A stretch of 55,241 nt of DNA, filler included, from Streblomastix strix (lineage: Eukaryota), in NCBI GenBank assembly GCA_008636045.1. It is 3 parts of 3 records of this genome, joined end to end, with 100 filler letters (N's around TTAATTAATTAA, not from the genome) between each part and the next. Parts side by side here need not be neighbours in the genome. Positions count along the whole stretch, not along the records: positions 36,898 to 55,241 come from SNRW01000615.1; 2 more parts are not named here. One strand, written 5' to 3'. Below are positions 39,801 to 53,104 of this stretch, piece after piece (positions within the stretch are counted from its first letter, which is position 1; every line of letters begins with the position of its first letter). The notes beneath the pieces are model-generated. The model worked only from the letters and a program-made list of their open reading frames with translations. It made no database searches and was not told where the DNA came from. The translations under genes were made by a program, and so were the position numbers.

Positions 39801-40327
39801 TATGGAGCAACATTGGTTGTAATAGAATTATCTTCATTTTGTTTTTAAGGTCCAGTTCCACTTGAATCTGTTTTCTTATCCTATAAGTTCTCACCAATTG
39901 ATATTTTCTAAGGAGTTGACTTTGCATAGAGCGGTATTGGATTCCCCATATGTCTTCTCCACCAACGGCGAGCTTTGCTTGAGTGTCGGATCTCGTGAAG
40001 CACACGAATTTTCAGATCCAAGATTGTCTCAAAGCTCTATATTGCGAAATAACCTCTAAAAGACATGCTAAATGGAAGACCATGAAATCTTCTTGAGTCG
40101 CTCTTCTTCATCCCGTTCAACACAGCTGCTGCTTCTTTGTCGAAAACTGGCGGGACTGTGCTTCGTTCTATCGCTCGCACAATTTCTGTCCATTATGTTC
40201 CACTAGCCATGAATGCTTCAACCTCTTCGAAGACAAAGACCACGTAATACCCCGGGCATCGGAAAACGTTCGGAATTGTTAGCGAAGTTGATGTGGAATT
40301 TACTCTGCCACTTGATTTTGACGACAT
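36898..40327 (-). CDS. Hypothetical protein, >1140 aa, intronless here, Gln/Asn/Ser-rich, 3'-partial
   Basis: ATG at 40327 (MSSKSSGRVNSTSTSLTIPNVFRCPGYYVVFVFEEV...). A single frame with no TGA runs to the contig edge when TAA/TAG = Gln. No family recognised. Confidence 0.82.
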
Positions 40328-40673
40328 TTAATCTTTAAAAACATAATATAAATTAAATAGTAAGTACAATTAATTTGCAATTATCGACATTTGAAATAAT
40401 TTTAAAGAGAAAAACGTGTCTGAATGTTCAAAGTCAGCGATTGCTTTAGGTACAGTATAGCTTAGGATAATACGATTAAAATTATATGAGTAATATAATT
40501 AAAGTAATATATAAGTAGAAATAACGCGATTAAAAATTTGGACTGGAGTAAGAAGCCGATTTTTTTGAAAACCTGTAAGAAAATCCATTGATGGGTTATT
40601 AATCAATTTAAAATGTCATAATAAAATATATTATTTTCACTCTTTATAGTAATATTTATTTTACTCATTTTTA

Positions 40674-43101
40674 TCATGTTCCAAACTTCTTTTATATCAC
40701 CAATCCATTCTTCTTCATCTTTTACACCGTTTGTGCTTTTATCTAGTTTATAATTATTGCTTTCGGCCATTCCACAATGTGCAGTGAACTATTAGGTAAA
40801 GGTTCACAAGAAATTATCTTAGAGAATTGCTTTTCAATATGCGTTACTGAACCTGGAACTGGAGGAGGTAGTAGTGAAATAACTCTTTTCAAAATCTCCT
40901 TTTTCTATTTTTCTGATTTGGGTTATTAAGTTTTAGATTCATTATTACTGCTGCCATCCATATTAATATTTCTTAATTCATTTTCTTTGATTTCTTACCC
41001 TATTTAATCTTTCTCATTCATTAATTCAATTTCTTAATCAAATAATTATTTCATTAATTCTCCTCTTTATTTCTATAATGTCATCTTATATGGATCAATA
41101 AACACTATTGTATCACTACTCCATATAAAGAAACGCTCACTGGATTGCAATTAAGGATCCATCACTATTTCCTATTTTTATTCATTTTTATTTCTTTTTT
41201 TATTTTTCTTTTTGTTTTAATTCTTATTATTTATTTCCAATTCATATTATATTTATTTTTCAATTTCTCTATCTTGCAATATTTCAGATTCAATCTTTTT
41301 TTCTTTCTCTCTTTATCTTTTACCTTTTCTTTTCTTTTTGATTTAATCATCCAATTTAATTTCTTATTTTGTTTTTATACTCTTTTCATTTATATCTTAT
41401 TTTTCTTCATTAGATTCCATATCATATGTAGCTTTTATGGGTGAAAGAAATTCCATTCCAAGAATACTAAATATGCAAGGTATAAAATAAGAACAAAATA
41501 AGTTAGTAAAATAGTATTTAAATGTTCATTTATCTTTTTAAAAAAAATTAAATTTCATTTCTCAACATAATTTATTAAAATTTTTTCATACATTTCATCA
41601 TTCAAACTCATAACAATATTTTAGTTCTCTTTTCCTTCAGAATTCTTATATAAGATTGATCTTACTCCTTGCCAATCATCAATTCCTTGCGGATGCCATT
41701 ATTATAATTCAAGTTTCTGATATAAAATATAATTAAAGTGAAAAATTAGATAATTAAATAATTAATTAAGAAATAATATTAAAGAATATTTATTTATATT
41801 ATTTATTCATACATCAATATTCCACCTCCATATTCTGCCATCATTGGTCACGATCTAAATTTCATTATTCTCTTCTTTTTATTTTATTTCATTTAAATTA
41901 CTATTCAATTAATAATTGAAATGATGAGGAACAAATGCAAATGCAGAAATTGGTGATGAAATGGATTATGATGATTAAGAAGATGATTATTATAAGGTCT
42001 TCTAATATTTATTATTCTTCTTATTTTTTCCCCATCTTTTCTTTCTAATAAATTTATTATTTTAATCTTTCTATATTTCCCCAATTTCTTTATCATTTAT
42101 TATTTATTTCTTATTATTAATCTCACTTTCTTCACTTGAATCATCACTATCATTATTATCTGCTTCCATTTTTCCATTCAAATTAAATTAGTTTCTTATT
42201 TATTAATTGTCTTATCTATATTCATTCTTTTTATCAATGATATTATCGGTGTCATTCGAACTTCCAAACCTTGGTAATGAATGTAAGAATTAAAGTGTTG
42301 GTGATATCTGGATGATGTGAATAAGTCCTGTACAATCTTATAGTGCTGCATATTGTGGAATTTGATCGATTTGCTATGATTTGCTGTTATTTTAATTATT
42401 ATTATTATACTGAGTAATGAATTATATATAATTCTTGATGCTGAACGTGTTATTGAAATTGGTTTTCATTGAAATTAAGGGCGCTGGATTAAACATAATA
42501 ACATAATAAACAAGATAATAAATAAACAATATAATATAATATCAATTCCAATTTATATAAATTTATTATTATCATATTATCAAATAATAATTAAATCAAA
42601 AATACCTCTTTCTTACTCATTAACATATCTGATACTAATCTCTTCTATATTTCCATTCTCCAAATTGAGAATCTATATTTATCCTGATGATGATACAAGA
42701 AGTAGGAATGTATTAAAATATGAAGATAAATGAGTTTATGGATTAATAGATTATTATTATGTTTACTATTCATTTATTTCTTCATTCCTTTTCCTTTTCT
42801 TTGGAGTAAGTTTAATTTCTTATTCTACATTTTCTTATTCTTTTTCTAATTAACCTACATTTTCTTTATCTTATTATTCATTTTCTTTTTATTCTTCAAT
42901 TATTTTATTGCTGTCTTTGATCTTATCAACATTTATTCTATCAAAGAATTGCATCAATACTGGTGATATCAGTTTCTAAGCTGGTTTTGTATCAATAAAC
43001 GGAGTCAAATTGAGTGTGAATTTGAATCTAACTGTATTATTCTTTATTGATTCATCATCTTAATCTTCAGATTACTAATTGCTTTCATTATCATCACTTT
43101 A

Positions 43102-43170
<69 letters not shown>

Positions 43171-45800
43171 TAATCTTCTTCTCTTTCTTTTATTCTTTTT
43201 ATTCTTTTTTCTCCTTCTTTCTTATAATTTTTCATCTTCATCATCTTCTAAATCTATTTTACTAATTCTATTAAAATATTAATTATCATTTTCATTATCA
43301 TTATCTTCAATATCTAATTCTTATTCTCTCTGAATATTCATCTTAAATATCTTCACTCCATTCTCATCACCAACTGACAACAATTTCCCATCTGATGAAA
43401 CTGATGCACATTTGAATGGAGAAGATTAATATGAATAAAATTATGAACTTTGTTATTATTGATGTTATGAATTAGATTATAGTAATTGTAATGATTGCTT
43501 ATATGGATAAAATTGATTACGATTTAGGGCGAGTAGATGAAGTGGAATTGATTACTATGAAGAAAAAGATGATGATGATGAAGAAGAAGATGATGAAGAA
43601 GAAGAAGAAGAAGATTAATTTTATATTTAATATAGATTGTAATTATTGTTAGAGTTTTATTAATGTTATTGTTATGATTTATCTACTAACCAAATATCAA
43701 TCTAATAATCATCTTATTGCATGATCAGATCAACTTAGAAATAATCATCTTTTTATTCTTCTTATTATTCTTCTTCATTTTATCTTCTATTATTATTTTT
43801 GATATACACATTTGATATATATTGATATTTTGGCATTTATATTGGAGAATCAGGAACTGTAATGTTATAACTGTTAAAATTGTTGATGTTGAGATTTGAA
43901 TTATTAATACTGTTATTATTGAGAATAAACTGTAGTTATGAATGATGTTATATTTGTGAAGGAGAATTAGATTAAGAATTTGAATGAATATATGAATGCA
44001 ATGAATCAAATAAATGAGTATATAAAGATATTGATGATACATTAGATTATAATTAATTAATGGATAAAGTATTACTTTTGATAAATGTTGATTGTATTAA
44101 TGATTATTGTGGTAAAACCTTCCCAGTGAAAATCCACTCGCCAACAGCAGATGAAAGAGTCTGAAATATATTAATATAAATATGAAGAAGAATAATTAAT
44201 AATTATTTAAATTTATATTTATATTTTTTAATTAGAAAATTATAATCATACTTCTTCTCTAATAGTTTAAATAATCTTACTATATTCTTTATCCTTCTTC
44301 ATCTCTTCTTTCAATTCATCTTGATCAATTTCAATATCTTCTTATTCATTCTATTTCTTATATTCATTATTTTATTAGTTTTCTGACTTTTCTATTTCTT
44401 TATTCACTTCAGTTTGAATTTCCTTCTTTTTATTCACTTTTCTTTTTTCAATCTTTAATTTTGCCCTTCTTTCAATGTCTTCCCATTTATTCTTTGTTTT
44501 CTCCTTCAATTCTCCATATTAAGTTACATTGTAATCAAATCTATTCGTGATTTAATCTAATCCTGATGAATAGACCGTGAGACCTTAATAAAATAAAATA
44601 TGAAATAAAAAATAAATGAAAAATTATTACAATTAAATAAATTAATTTTTTTTCTATTAATATTTTCACTATATTCTGTATATACCATTATATATATATC
44701 TAAATACCTCCATTAGCAACAACAAGTTATGTTACATCTGATGTATGCTATCTGAATGACTGAATCAATGTTTGTGTCTTAATATCCCAGAAACTCACAT
44801 ATCCATTACTGTCACCTGAACAGAGCATATTATATCTAATGGGATATGAATAATATATGATATATGATATTAATATAATATATTGATTAGTTAATTAATA
44901 AATGATAGGTTTAAATATAAATATAATAAATAAATAAATAAATATAAATAAATAAATAAATAAATAAATACAAATAATAAATATAAATAAAAAATTATTA
45001 ATTAATTAATTAATCTAATTTTAATACCCATCTTTCTTCTCCAACCCCACAGATAACAATTTCCATATTTTAGGTCTGACTCCTCCATATTTATCCAGTT
45101 CCATCTTCATAAATGACTATTATTGATATTAATTCTGCTATTATTATTATTATAATTTTTATTAGTTTTATTCATTCATTTTATACCCACGAATTAGACC
45201 ATCAATTCCAGCTGAAAAAATGAGCTTATTATTTGAAGAGAAACAAACAGAGAGAATTCTCCCCTTTTAAGGTGGAAAAGTCTGAATGTGATTCAATTCA
45301 GCTTTAATTGGAGATAGGAAATCCAAAGGGTCATCAAAATCAATCTTTCTTTCACCAGTTGATAATAAATGAATTCTTCCTTCTTGTGTTGCAACTGCGA
45401 TTATTGAAGAATCGTTGCTAACGCTCATGTCCCAGATGGAACCAGAATGCAAGTCAAGTATCTGCTTCTCTTTTAAGGAGATCAAATCCCATTCAATTAT
45501 ATGACCATGGAGATCAGATGATATCAATCGGTCTTGTGGGAAGTTGTTTGTGCTGTTAACTTTATCTAAAATATTATTTTCATTCAAAAGTCTTCTAATC
45601 CAGCGAACAGATCGTATAGCGTGAGTGTTTCTGGTATGAATGATGAAAATAGGTTTTGATATTCTTTGGCTACTGGTTGCATATACTGATATGTGACCGC
45701 TTTCATCGGCAACAGCGCTGAAACGCCCACTGCTATCAATCGCAACATCTGCTATCTCTTGAACAGGTCGATTAAGGATAAATGTACGAACAATTTGCAT
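40674..45800 (-). CDS. UTP4: U3 snoRNA-associated protein 4 (UTP4/cirhin), WD40 protein, multi-exon
   Basis: RLISSDLHGHIIEWDL..GSIWDMSVS..QKGRILSVCF..SAGIDGLIR..MELDK..KIWKL..CSGDSNGYVSFWD..TLIQSFRQHTSDV..YSSGLD follows the UTP4 motif order. Ends ...QKKFGT-TGA, like the human UTP4 C-terminus KKFGT. GT-AG introns are present (e.g. ~45027-44836); exons were not fully resolved. Confidence 0.85.
43105..43170 (-). repeat. (GAT)22 microsatellite encoding poly-Asp inside UTP4
   Basis: Perfect atc x22 on the plus strand. Confidence 0.9.
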
Positions 45801-46349
45801 CTAACTGCAAATATAAATTAAAAAATATAAGTTAAAAATTTGTATCACTTATATTTTTGATGTTACACGCATTTCATAATATAAAAAATAAAACATTTTA
45901 TTTTAATTTAACTAGATGCGAAAAATCTAAATAATTAATTTAAAACTCGTAAAAATATTGTAAATTTACAAATTTATTACTAAATATTAATTTTGTTCAT
46001 TAAATGATGTGAAATGGCAGGTGATAATTTTGATTTTTAATTTTCAATTTTCTTCCTTGAATGAGTTATAATAAACAAAAATTTTATTGATAAGTAATAT
46101 ACTAAATTAATGATATATAAATAATATATATTACATATTCGCTTATTAAGCCTGGTAAAAGTTTGAGCCAATCTTTAAGTTGAAGTGCTTAAATATAAAT
46201 ATAAATATTAAGTATTATGCAAAAGCTGATTGCAATCTAAATTAATACGCATAATAGCACTATAAAGCTCGTTAATAATAACTATTTTCCCATTGATTCA
46301 ATAAAATTTTTGAAGGATAAAAGCATCAAAAAATTCTGATATTAAAACC

Positions 46350-47699
46350 CAAACTAAAGCATGGAGATACAGATCTTTATATAAGTTGATGGAATAATTG
46401 CAGAGCGTGCAATTGAAAAGGGAAATGAATTAGACTTCATTTATTATTCATACTTTTCTGATTCAAGATTAATTAGAAAATTTGAAGATTTAATAACTAT
46501 AGAAGTTAAAGCAGAAGAAAAGAAAATGAAATAGTTTGATAATTATTCATCATCTATTGTCGAATTGGTTCAAACTATCTTATTCATGTGTAACGAGAAT
46601 AGAATTGAAAATTAGTCAATACTTGATATATGCAGAAAAGTAATTATCAAGTCAAAAATCTTTTTGATAACATAAAAGATAAAAATGAATAAGAGTTTAA
46701 TAAAGAAAAAGAAAACCTGGAAAATTTGATGAATAATACAGCAAGATCTTTAAAAGGGTTATAAAATATCATCAAATATATAAATAATCTAAAGTTTATT
46801 CTAAAAGATTAAAATCCTTATAAAGAATTATGCAAATTGTTGTATATAAACTGTGTTCCAATGCTTTGTTGCAAAAATGTACTCTAAATCCCAGAATAAG
46901 CTTCAGCTTATAAACTTCAAAGTGTTGTCTATGGAAATCTTGCTCAGTTTTCATTCTCATTTAATATCTCAGAAGATCTTGAAGAGAAACATAACATTTT
47001 TTTGCATATCGCTCCAATAATTATCTTTTTTGCCTCAAATTCTGATAATTTAAGCAAAAAGATATATTTTCTTCTTTAAAATAAGTATTTAAATCAACAT
47101 CAATAGTTCCATTATTAATATCTGAATTAAACTAGCTTAATAATCAAACACCATCTCAATTCTTACTAATAGGATCACTAAAACTTCTCCAACAATTTCC
47201 TGAAAATGAAAATAATTTCACAATTCCATATATTCACATCCCAAAAAAGAGATTAAATAATGTGCTCAGAATTCTTACTCGATATAATATAAACAACCAT
47301 AATGGAGATTAAATCGAAAGAGAATCTTCTGAAATAAGAAAAATGAGATCCGATTTTCTGAATGATATTAGAGTTATGGTGAATGTTATTGGAACTGCTA
47401 GTGAATCTGAAGAAGAGAATTTTGATGTGATTAAAGATGTATTGTAATAAATTGATTATATGTATGAGATTGATATTTGGAAAAGATCAAATTCTAAATT
47501 TTTAATTTAAATTGTGAAAAATAAAGAAGATATATTTGATGAAACTGGAGGAAATGAAGAAATTGAGGCGCATTTGTTTAGTTCAACTGACAACTTTATG
47601 GAAGAAGTGAATTTTATTGCTAATATAACAAAGTAAACTATTCATTTTATTAATATAGATATTACAAACAAAGAAAACCGATTTTAAGAGTTTGAATGA
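46350..47699 (+). pseudogene. Second member of the helical hypothetical family (paralog of 27526-29403), frameshifted
   Basis: LLYINCVPMLCCK..HNIFLHI..VNVIGTASESEEE..FDETGGNEEIEAHLF. At least two frameshifts (~46650, ~47060-47150). TGA at 47697-47699. Confidence 0.65.
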
Positions 47700-48223
47700 A
47701 TGCTATATAAATATCTATAAATTGAATTATTTTTTATATTTCAATTCTTTTATTTGTTGATTTTAATAAAGTTTTTGTATGTATTTTATATAATCATCTT
47801 TATTAATTTTTAATAAATAGTTATTATCTTGTTCCAATTATGAAATTTGTTATGACCATGATTTTTATCCTATCAAATTATTCTTATATAAATGCGCTCA
47901 ATTTTAATGAACAGTTGGATATTTCGATTAAACATCACTTTTTGTTTAAAACAAACAATAAATTAAAACAAATAAATATTTTTCTTCATTTTCGTTAAAG
48001 ACTGTATTGAGAGCTCTACGACATCAAATGCTGTAACAATTAAATGATGTGATTAAAGGAGAAAATGTTGATATGAGTGACAAAAGCACAAAGAGATAAG
48101 AATGCAACAACAATAAAAATGGTTTGCTCACATGATTAATATGTACATTTTTTCTTTACTAACTAACTGACTTGGTTCACCTTGTCGTTGCTGTAATCAT
48201 CTCATGCGTCCTTAGAAACTCGC

Positions 48224-49418
48224 TCAAAAGGACAGTAGTAAAGCAGGAAGTACCACAGCAGCTGTAATCAGGCTCAGACATGTACGAACTGCAGCTGCAC
48301 TACTGCCGACGAATTCTGCAAATTTCACAACAAAAGTATCAAATTCAATATTTTTTAATCCCAACCCACTATAGTCATAGTATGTTCCACTTTTCCTGAT
48401 ATTTAGCTGACCAATAACATTGAAGAACTTTCCATCCTTATAATCATAGTTTACAAACAAAAGATTAGAACCATCCCATCCGTAGAACAGTTTTGTGAAT
48501 TAATCATAAGAGGAAGTTGCCGTTGTAAATCCAGGGTAGTTTTATAAAAGTCGGTCTTTTTCAGCATAAGGATCTTCCTTTGCACGAATTATAGTTGCAA
48601 TAACAGGACCATATGTCAGCATAACTTCTTTAAGCGTCGTTAAGTTTGCACCCATTTATATTATTCCTAATTAATTCTTCTTAAGGATAGGTTTAAACTT
48701 TGAACCATCTGCACATTCTTCTTTGATAGCAGGAGCAGTACCATTCCTTTGTGCCCATGTATCAGCTAATGTTGTATTCCTGTAAACATCACCATACCCT
48801 GGAATACTACTGAAGTCATTGGATATGCAAGACTCATCTACGATTCCATTGTAATACACACTGGAGAAGAAATTGGTAGCACTGAATCCTTTGTGACAGT
48901 TGTCATTATATTTTGTTGGACGTCTATAAGCTTTATCATCTCTATAGAAATATGATTCATAGCTCTTTGGCCCATTCTTGATATTGTATGCCAATGATGG
49001 GATTATGTCATTCTTCTACTTATCTTGGAAGTATGCAGTATAGGCGAGTAGTTCATGATATTCTGCTACATCGCCTATAAAATAGCACTTAGTATCATCA
49101 AATTTTCTTATATAATCCTCAGTACTAATATCCTACCCTATCTTAAGTCCTCTTATCTTATCATCCTCAATAGCTTTGAAAGATGTTGGAATCTCAATGT
49201 CCTCAAGCAATACGTATCCTTAACCATAGTCAAGCGTGCATGAATGAGTTGCCTTTATATTGACCAATCCATCTTTATTCCACTTATTATACTAGTTAAA
49301 TATCAGATAATCGAAGTTCCTTGGTGGAATGTCTTCATCCTAGTTGAGTTTGATCACCTTAATCTTGCAGAATGAGAGTGCAACTAACACCATCAGGAAC
49401 AGAAGATTGCTAAATGCC
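48224..49418 (-). CDS. Secreted, probably GPI/membrane-anchored papain-fold (cathepsin-B-like) protein lacking catalytic motifs, ~398 aa
   Basis: Open frame 49417-48224 in the Gln code. N-terminal AFSNLLFLMVLVALSFC; remnants IPTSF, GIVDESC, CADGS, LKEVMLTYGPV, LFYGW; C-terminal GSSAAAVRTCLSLITAAVVLPALLLSF-stop. Confidence 0.7.
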
Positions 49419-50750
49419 CTGTAAGTATTTATTCAATGAATATCATAGAAAATAATGAAAAGATTTGAAAAATGAAATTTTATGCATAATAAAATGGTGT
49501 AAGCCAGGAAATTGAAGTAGAATCTTCGAATAAATAAATATCAGATTTTTCGTACCATATTTCTATATTTCATAAATTAATTTTGCAAATATAAACATTT
49601 CTGATATATTTCTTGGTTTATGAACTTAATTCAATATTCATACATGAATCTTGAGTTAATTTTTTTGTCCCCAAAAGGAAAAAAAAATTGCTTTGAAAAA
49701 AACTAACCCGATTTGCATTCTTACCAAAAAATCTAGTGATTATTATATTTGATTAATAAATAATAATATATTCGATTAATAAATAATATTATCATCAGAA
49801 ACGCTCTAATTGAAAATTTTTGAATTAAAATTTTAATAATAAAAACAAACTCAATTAATTCTCATAGGTTAAATAATGGCCAAATAAATTTAAAGATTCA
49901 AGGGGTATTTAAGCCAATAATCTAATTGAATAACAAAATAAAGCTGAATCAATGAGTGATAATGAATTTTAGAAGTTGAAAGGGAAGAAACGTAAAGAAA
50001 GAGAAGAGAAATAATGTAAAGAAGAATAAATGAGATAAGAGAAAGAATATAATTAGAATGCACTTACTAATACATAATAAGCAGTTCGATTGCAGATATT
50101 TTAATATTTGTATTAAACTTAATATATATTGCCATAAACCGCACTATAGGAATAATAACAATAATAACAATTTCTTAAATAATAATTGAATTCTCCAATA
50201 AATAAATAATAGTAATTGATTCTAAATCTTTCTCTGAATTAATTATTTAATTCATAATAATTCCCCAATTAAATTCGCATTCAGTAATAATTTATTCGAT
50301 CAATTCAATCTTCATTCAGATTAGTTCCATCTTACCTATAACAATAACCTTCTCTTTCACCATAAATACATTAATAATGATTAAATCCATATTTATAATA
50401 ATCTAATCCATTATCCTAATCATCATCATAATAATAATATCCTACTTCTTTTAATTCTAATAAACAATAATCATCTTCTTAATCATTATTATATACTTCT
50501 CAATTTCCAAATAATTTACATTCACTTCCTAATTAATATTCACCTTCGAATACTTATCCGAATTCCTAATCTAATTCTCCAAATAAATAATCATCTATTC
50601 ATCCTGATAGATAATCAATTTAATAATAACCAACAATATTTCATAATTAATAAATTCCAAATAAATCTTCAATATCTTATTCATATTCATTTGATCCTCA
50701 TTCTCCATTATCCAAATTTGTATCTCCTTCAAATTCTTATTAATCTACTT

Positions 50751-50825
50751 CATTACCCTGTTTCCCAAGGAGACAAGGATAATTATTTGTTACACCCTTC
50801 TCTCCTTATCTCACCTCTTTATTGA
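50751..50825 (+). repeat. 75-bp inverted repeat, left copy (partner 54084-54158)
   Basis: Manual ungapped alignment to the reverse complement of 54084-54158 gives 66/75 identity. Confidence 0.92.
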
Positions 50826-51429
50826 AGTACCATTATGGCTCCAGTACGGTCGGCTCATGCACTGGAATCCGACCTATGGGGTCGCTATTTTCCAAAATAT
50901 ATTAAAAGTTCCAGTAAAACTTGAACTATCAGAGCTGGGACTGTTCGTGAATTTCGGTACACAAAAGTTCACCACGAAAGCACCCGTCGCGACCATTGAT
51001 TTTTGGGCAGCGATTGCACTCGCAAAATAGAACGCAGAAGCCCGGAGAATGGAAATACAGCGTCCATCACTACTTTCCATTACGAACGTACCACAATCTG
51101 ACCAAATACTGGGCGCGAAACTTAACCAGTTCTACAAGGTTTTGTAAAGTGAACATGCACTGGTGTTATGCAACTTAGGACTATGGGAAGGATCGTTTGC
51201 CAATATGATGAAAAATTAACCAATCCAAGCAACAATGGATATGCAGAATGGAATCGTCCACAATATAAAGGAAGCAGAGAGAACGTACTTTGCGATATCG
51301 TGAGACGTAAACTATGATTTGAGAGTCATATGTGTCAGAATGGACTATGATTCAGAGGATGAAAGATAAATCGATGAAGCGGTATTAAATTAAAATATAA
51401 CGAAATGGGTGTAAAAACGAAAGAATTTT

Positions 51430-52640
51430 TATAAACTTGGTAGATGGAAAAAGATTTTGAATGCGAGTAAGTTGAATGAAGAGATAGAAAAACTCCGCTT
51501 TAAGATAAATGGACTAGAAGATGTACAATAACTAGCTAATTCAATGGTCTACGCAACTTCTCTAGATCTCAAATCAACATTTCACCATATCACAGTATCT
51601 CCAAACTCAATACCATACCTAGTATTTAACTTTAATAACAATAATTACGAATATAAAACAATGCCAGTTGGGACTAAACATAGCCCACTCTTCTTCGCAG
51701 AAGCAATAGAATCAATTCTTAGATATACATGACTACTCTCTAAGATCACAATTCTGAACTACTGTGACGATATCTTACTATTTCATCAGAACTAATAAAT
51801 ATTAAAAAGATAACTTTTTGAAATAAAGAAAATTTTGGATGAATTCGAAGGGATAATATTTAAGGATAAAAGTGAAACAAAATCAAAATAAGTAATAACA
51901 TTCCTTGAATGGTTATGATATTTCAAAGAGATGAACATCAGAATATCAGAAGAGAGAAAATTTAAATTGATGCAAGTACTGAGCAACTTGTGCAACATAA
52001 TATACAATAATAAAGAAGTGAAAATAAGACAGCTAGCAGCGTAGATAGGCAGACTGAACTTCCATAGACCCCACATAAAAGAAGCGTCTCTGTATCTAAT
52101 GGAACTTGACAAAGCGAAGACGCAAGCATTGAAGACAAAATCATGGTTTGGGATAATAATTGTAAACAGAACAGAAATCAAGGAATTGAAATGGTGGACA
52201 AAGAAAATAAGGGATAATTATCCAGAGTTTTTGGTTCAGAAGACAGTAACATGCAAATTAACAACAGTCGCATCACCACAGGGCTGGGGAGCAACACTGA
52301 TTTACGAAAACTAGATAGAACTCATACAACACGACTGTTGGAGCGAAAAGGAAGCAGAAATGACAAGTAACGCAAAAGAAATAAAGGCTATTTACTACAG
52401 ATAACTCCGCTTCGAACGAGTCTTCAAAAAGATGCAAGATCAAGCAGTATTGATACGATCTGACAACACAACAGCAGTCTACAATATTGGGAAATGGAAA
52501 GCGAAAGAATTCATGATAGAAAAAATAAAAGCATGAATTATACCTAGTGAAAAAATTTTTGCTACAAATCACAACAATCCTTATCCCTGGAAAATGGAAC
52601 TCATCAATAGACTCACTTTCTTGACTGTGCAGACGAAGAG
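51430..52640 (+). pseudogene. DIRS reverse transcriptase + RNase H
   Basis: GRWKKILNASKLN..SLDLKSTFHHI..MPVGTKHSP..LNYCDDILL (YCDD at 51760-51771)..ELKWW..TTVASPQGWGA..SNAKEIKAI..IRSDNTTAV..IPGKWN..DSLS. Several in-frame TGAs and a frameshift near 52535. Confidence 0.93.
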
Positions 52641-53104
52641 ATTACACATTGAGGGACGAAATAATTTAAATCATTTGTAAGACATGGAACTACATGCCAC
52701 AAATAGATATGTTCGCTATATGACATTTTAAACTAATTAATAACTATATAACAGTGGATCTCAACGATCTTAGGACATACTTCTATAGTTCATTAAACTA
52801 CAAATGGAACAAAGTCAAACTATATATCCATCCACCAAAACCGATCATTAACAGAGTAGAAGGGAAAATGAAATACGATAAAGCACAGCGAATAATAATA
52901 GCACCGATTTGGCCGGGACAATCGTGGTACACCAAACTAAAGAATTTATCCACTAAATTGCTTTTCCTTGGAACAGCAGAGACGATACTGGAGAAGGGAC
53001 AGAGAATGAAAGATAAACATTTAAAACTTCCTCCAGGCAATGTGGGTGCCTTCATTCTGGACCAGTCGCAGACGTTTGATGAAATTTACTCTAGAGATGC
53101 ATGA
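52641..53104 (+). pseudogene. DIRS-associated N6-adenine methyltransferase-like domain
   Basis: IDMFA...WNKVKLYIHPPKPII...IIIAPIWPGQSWY matches the D-L-F-A / Y-x-F-P-P / P-x-W-P-x-Q-x-W pattern that follows RNase H in DIRS elements. Confidence 0.8.

Noticed and set aside
43047..43282. Poly-His and poly-Ser ORFs in the track
   Set aside because: Antisense shadows of the (GAT)22 poly-Asp tract in UTP4.
44925..44992. (AAAT)n run
   Set aside because: Simple low-complexity repeat inside a UTP4 intron.
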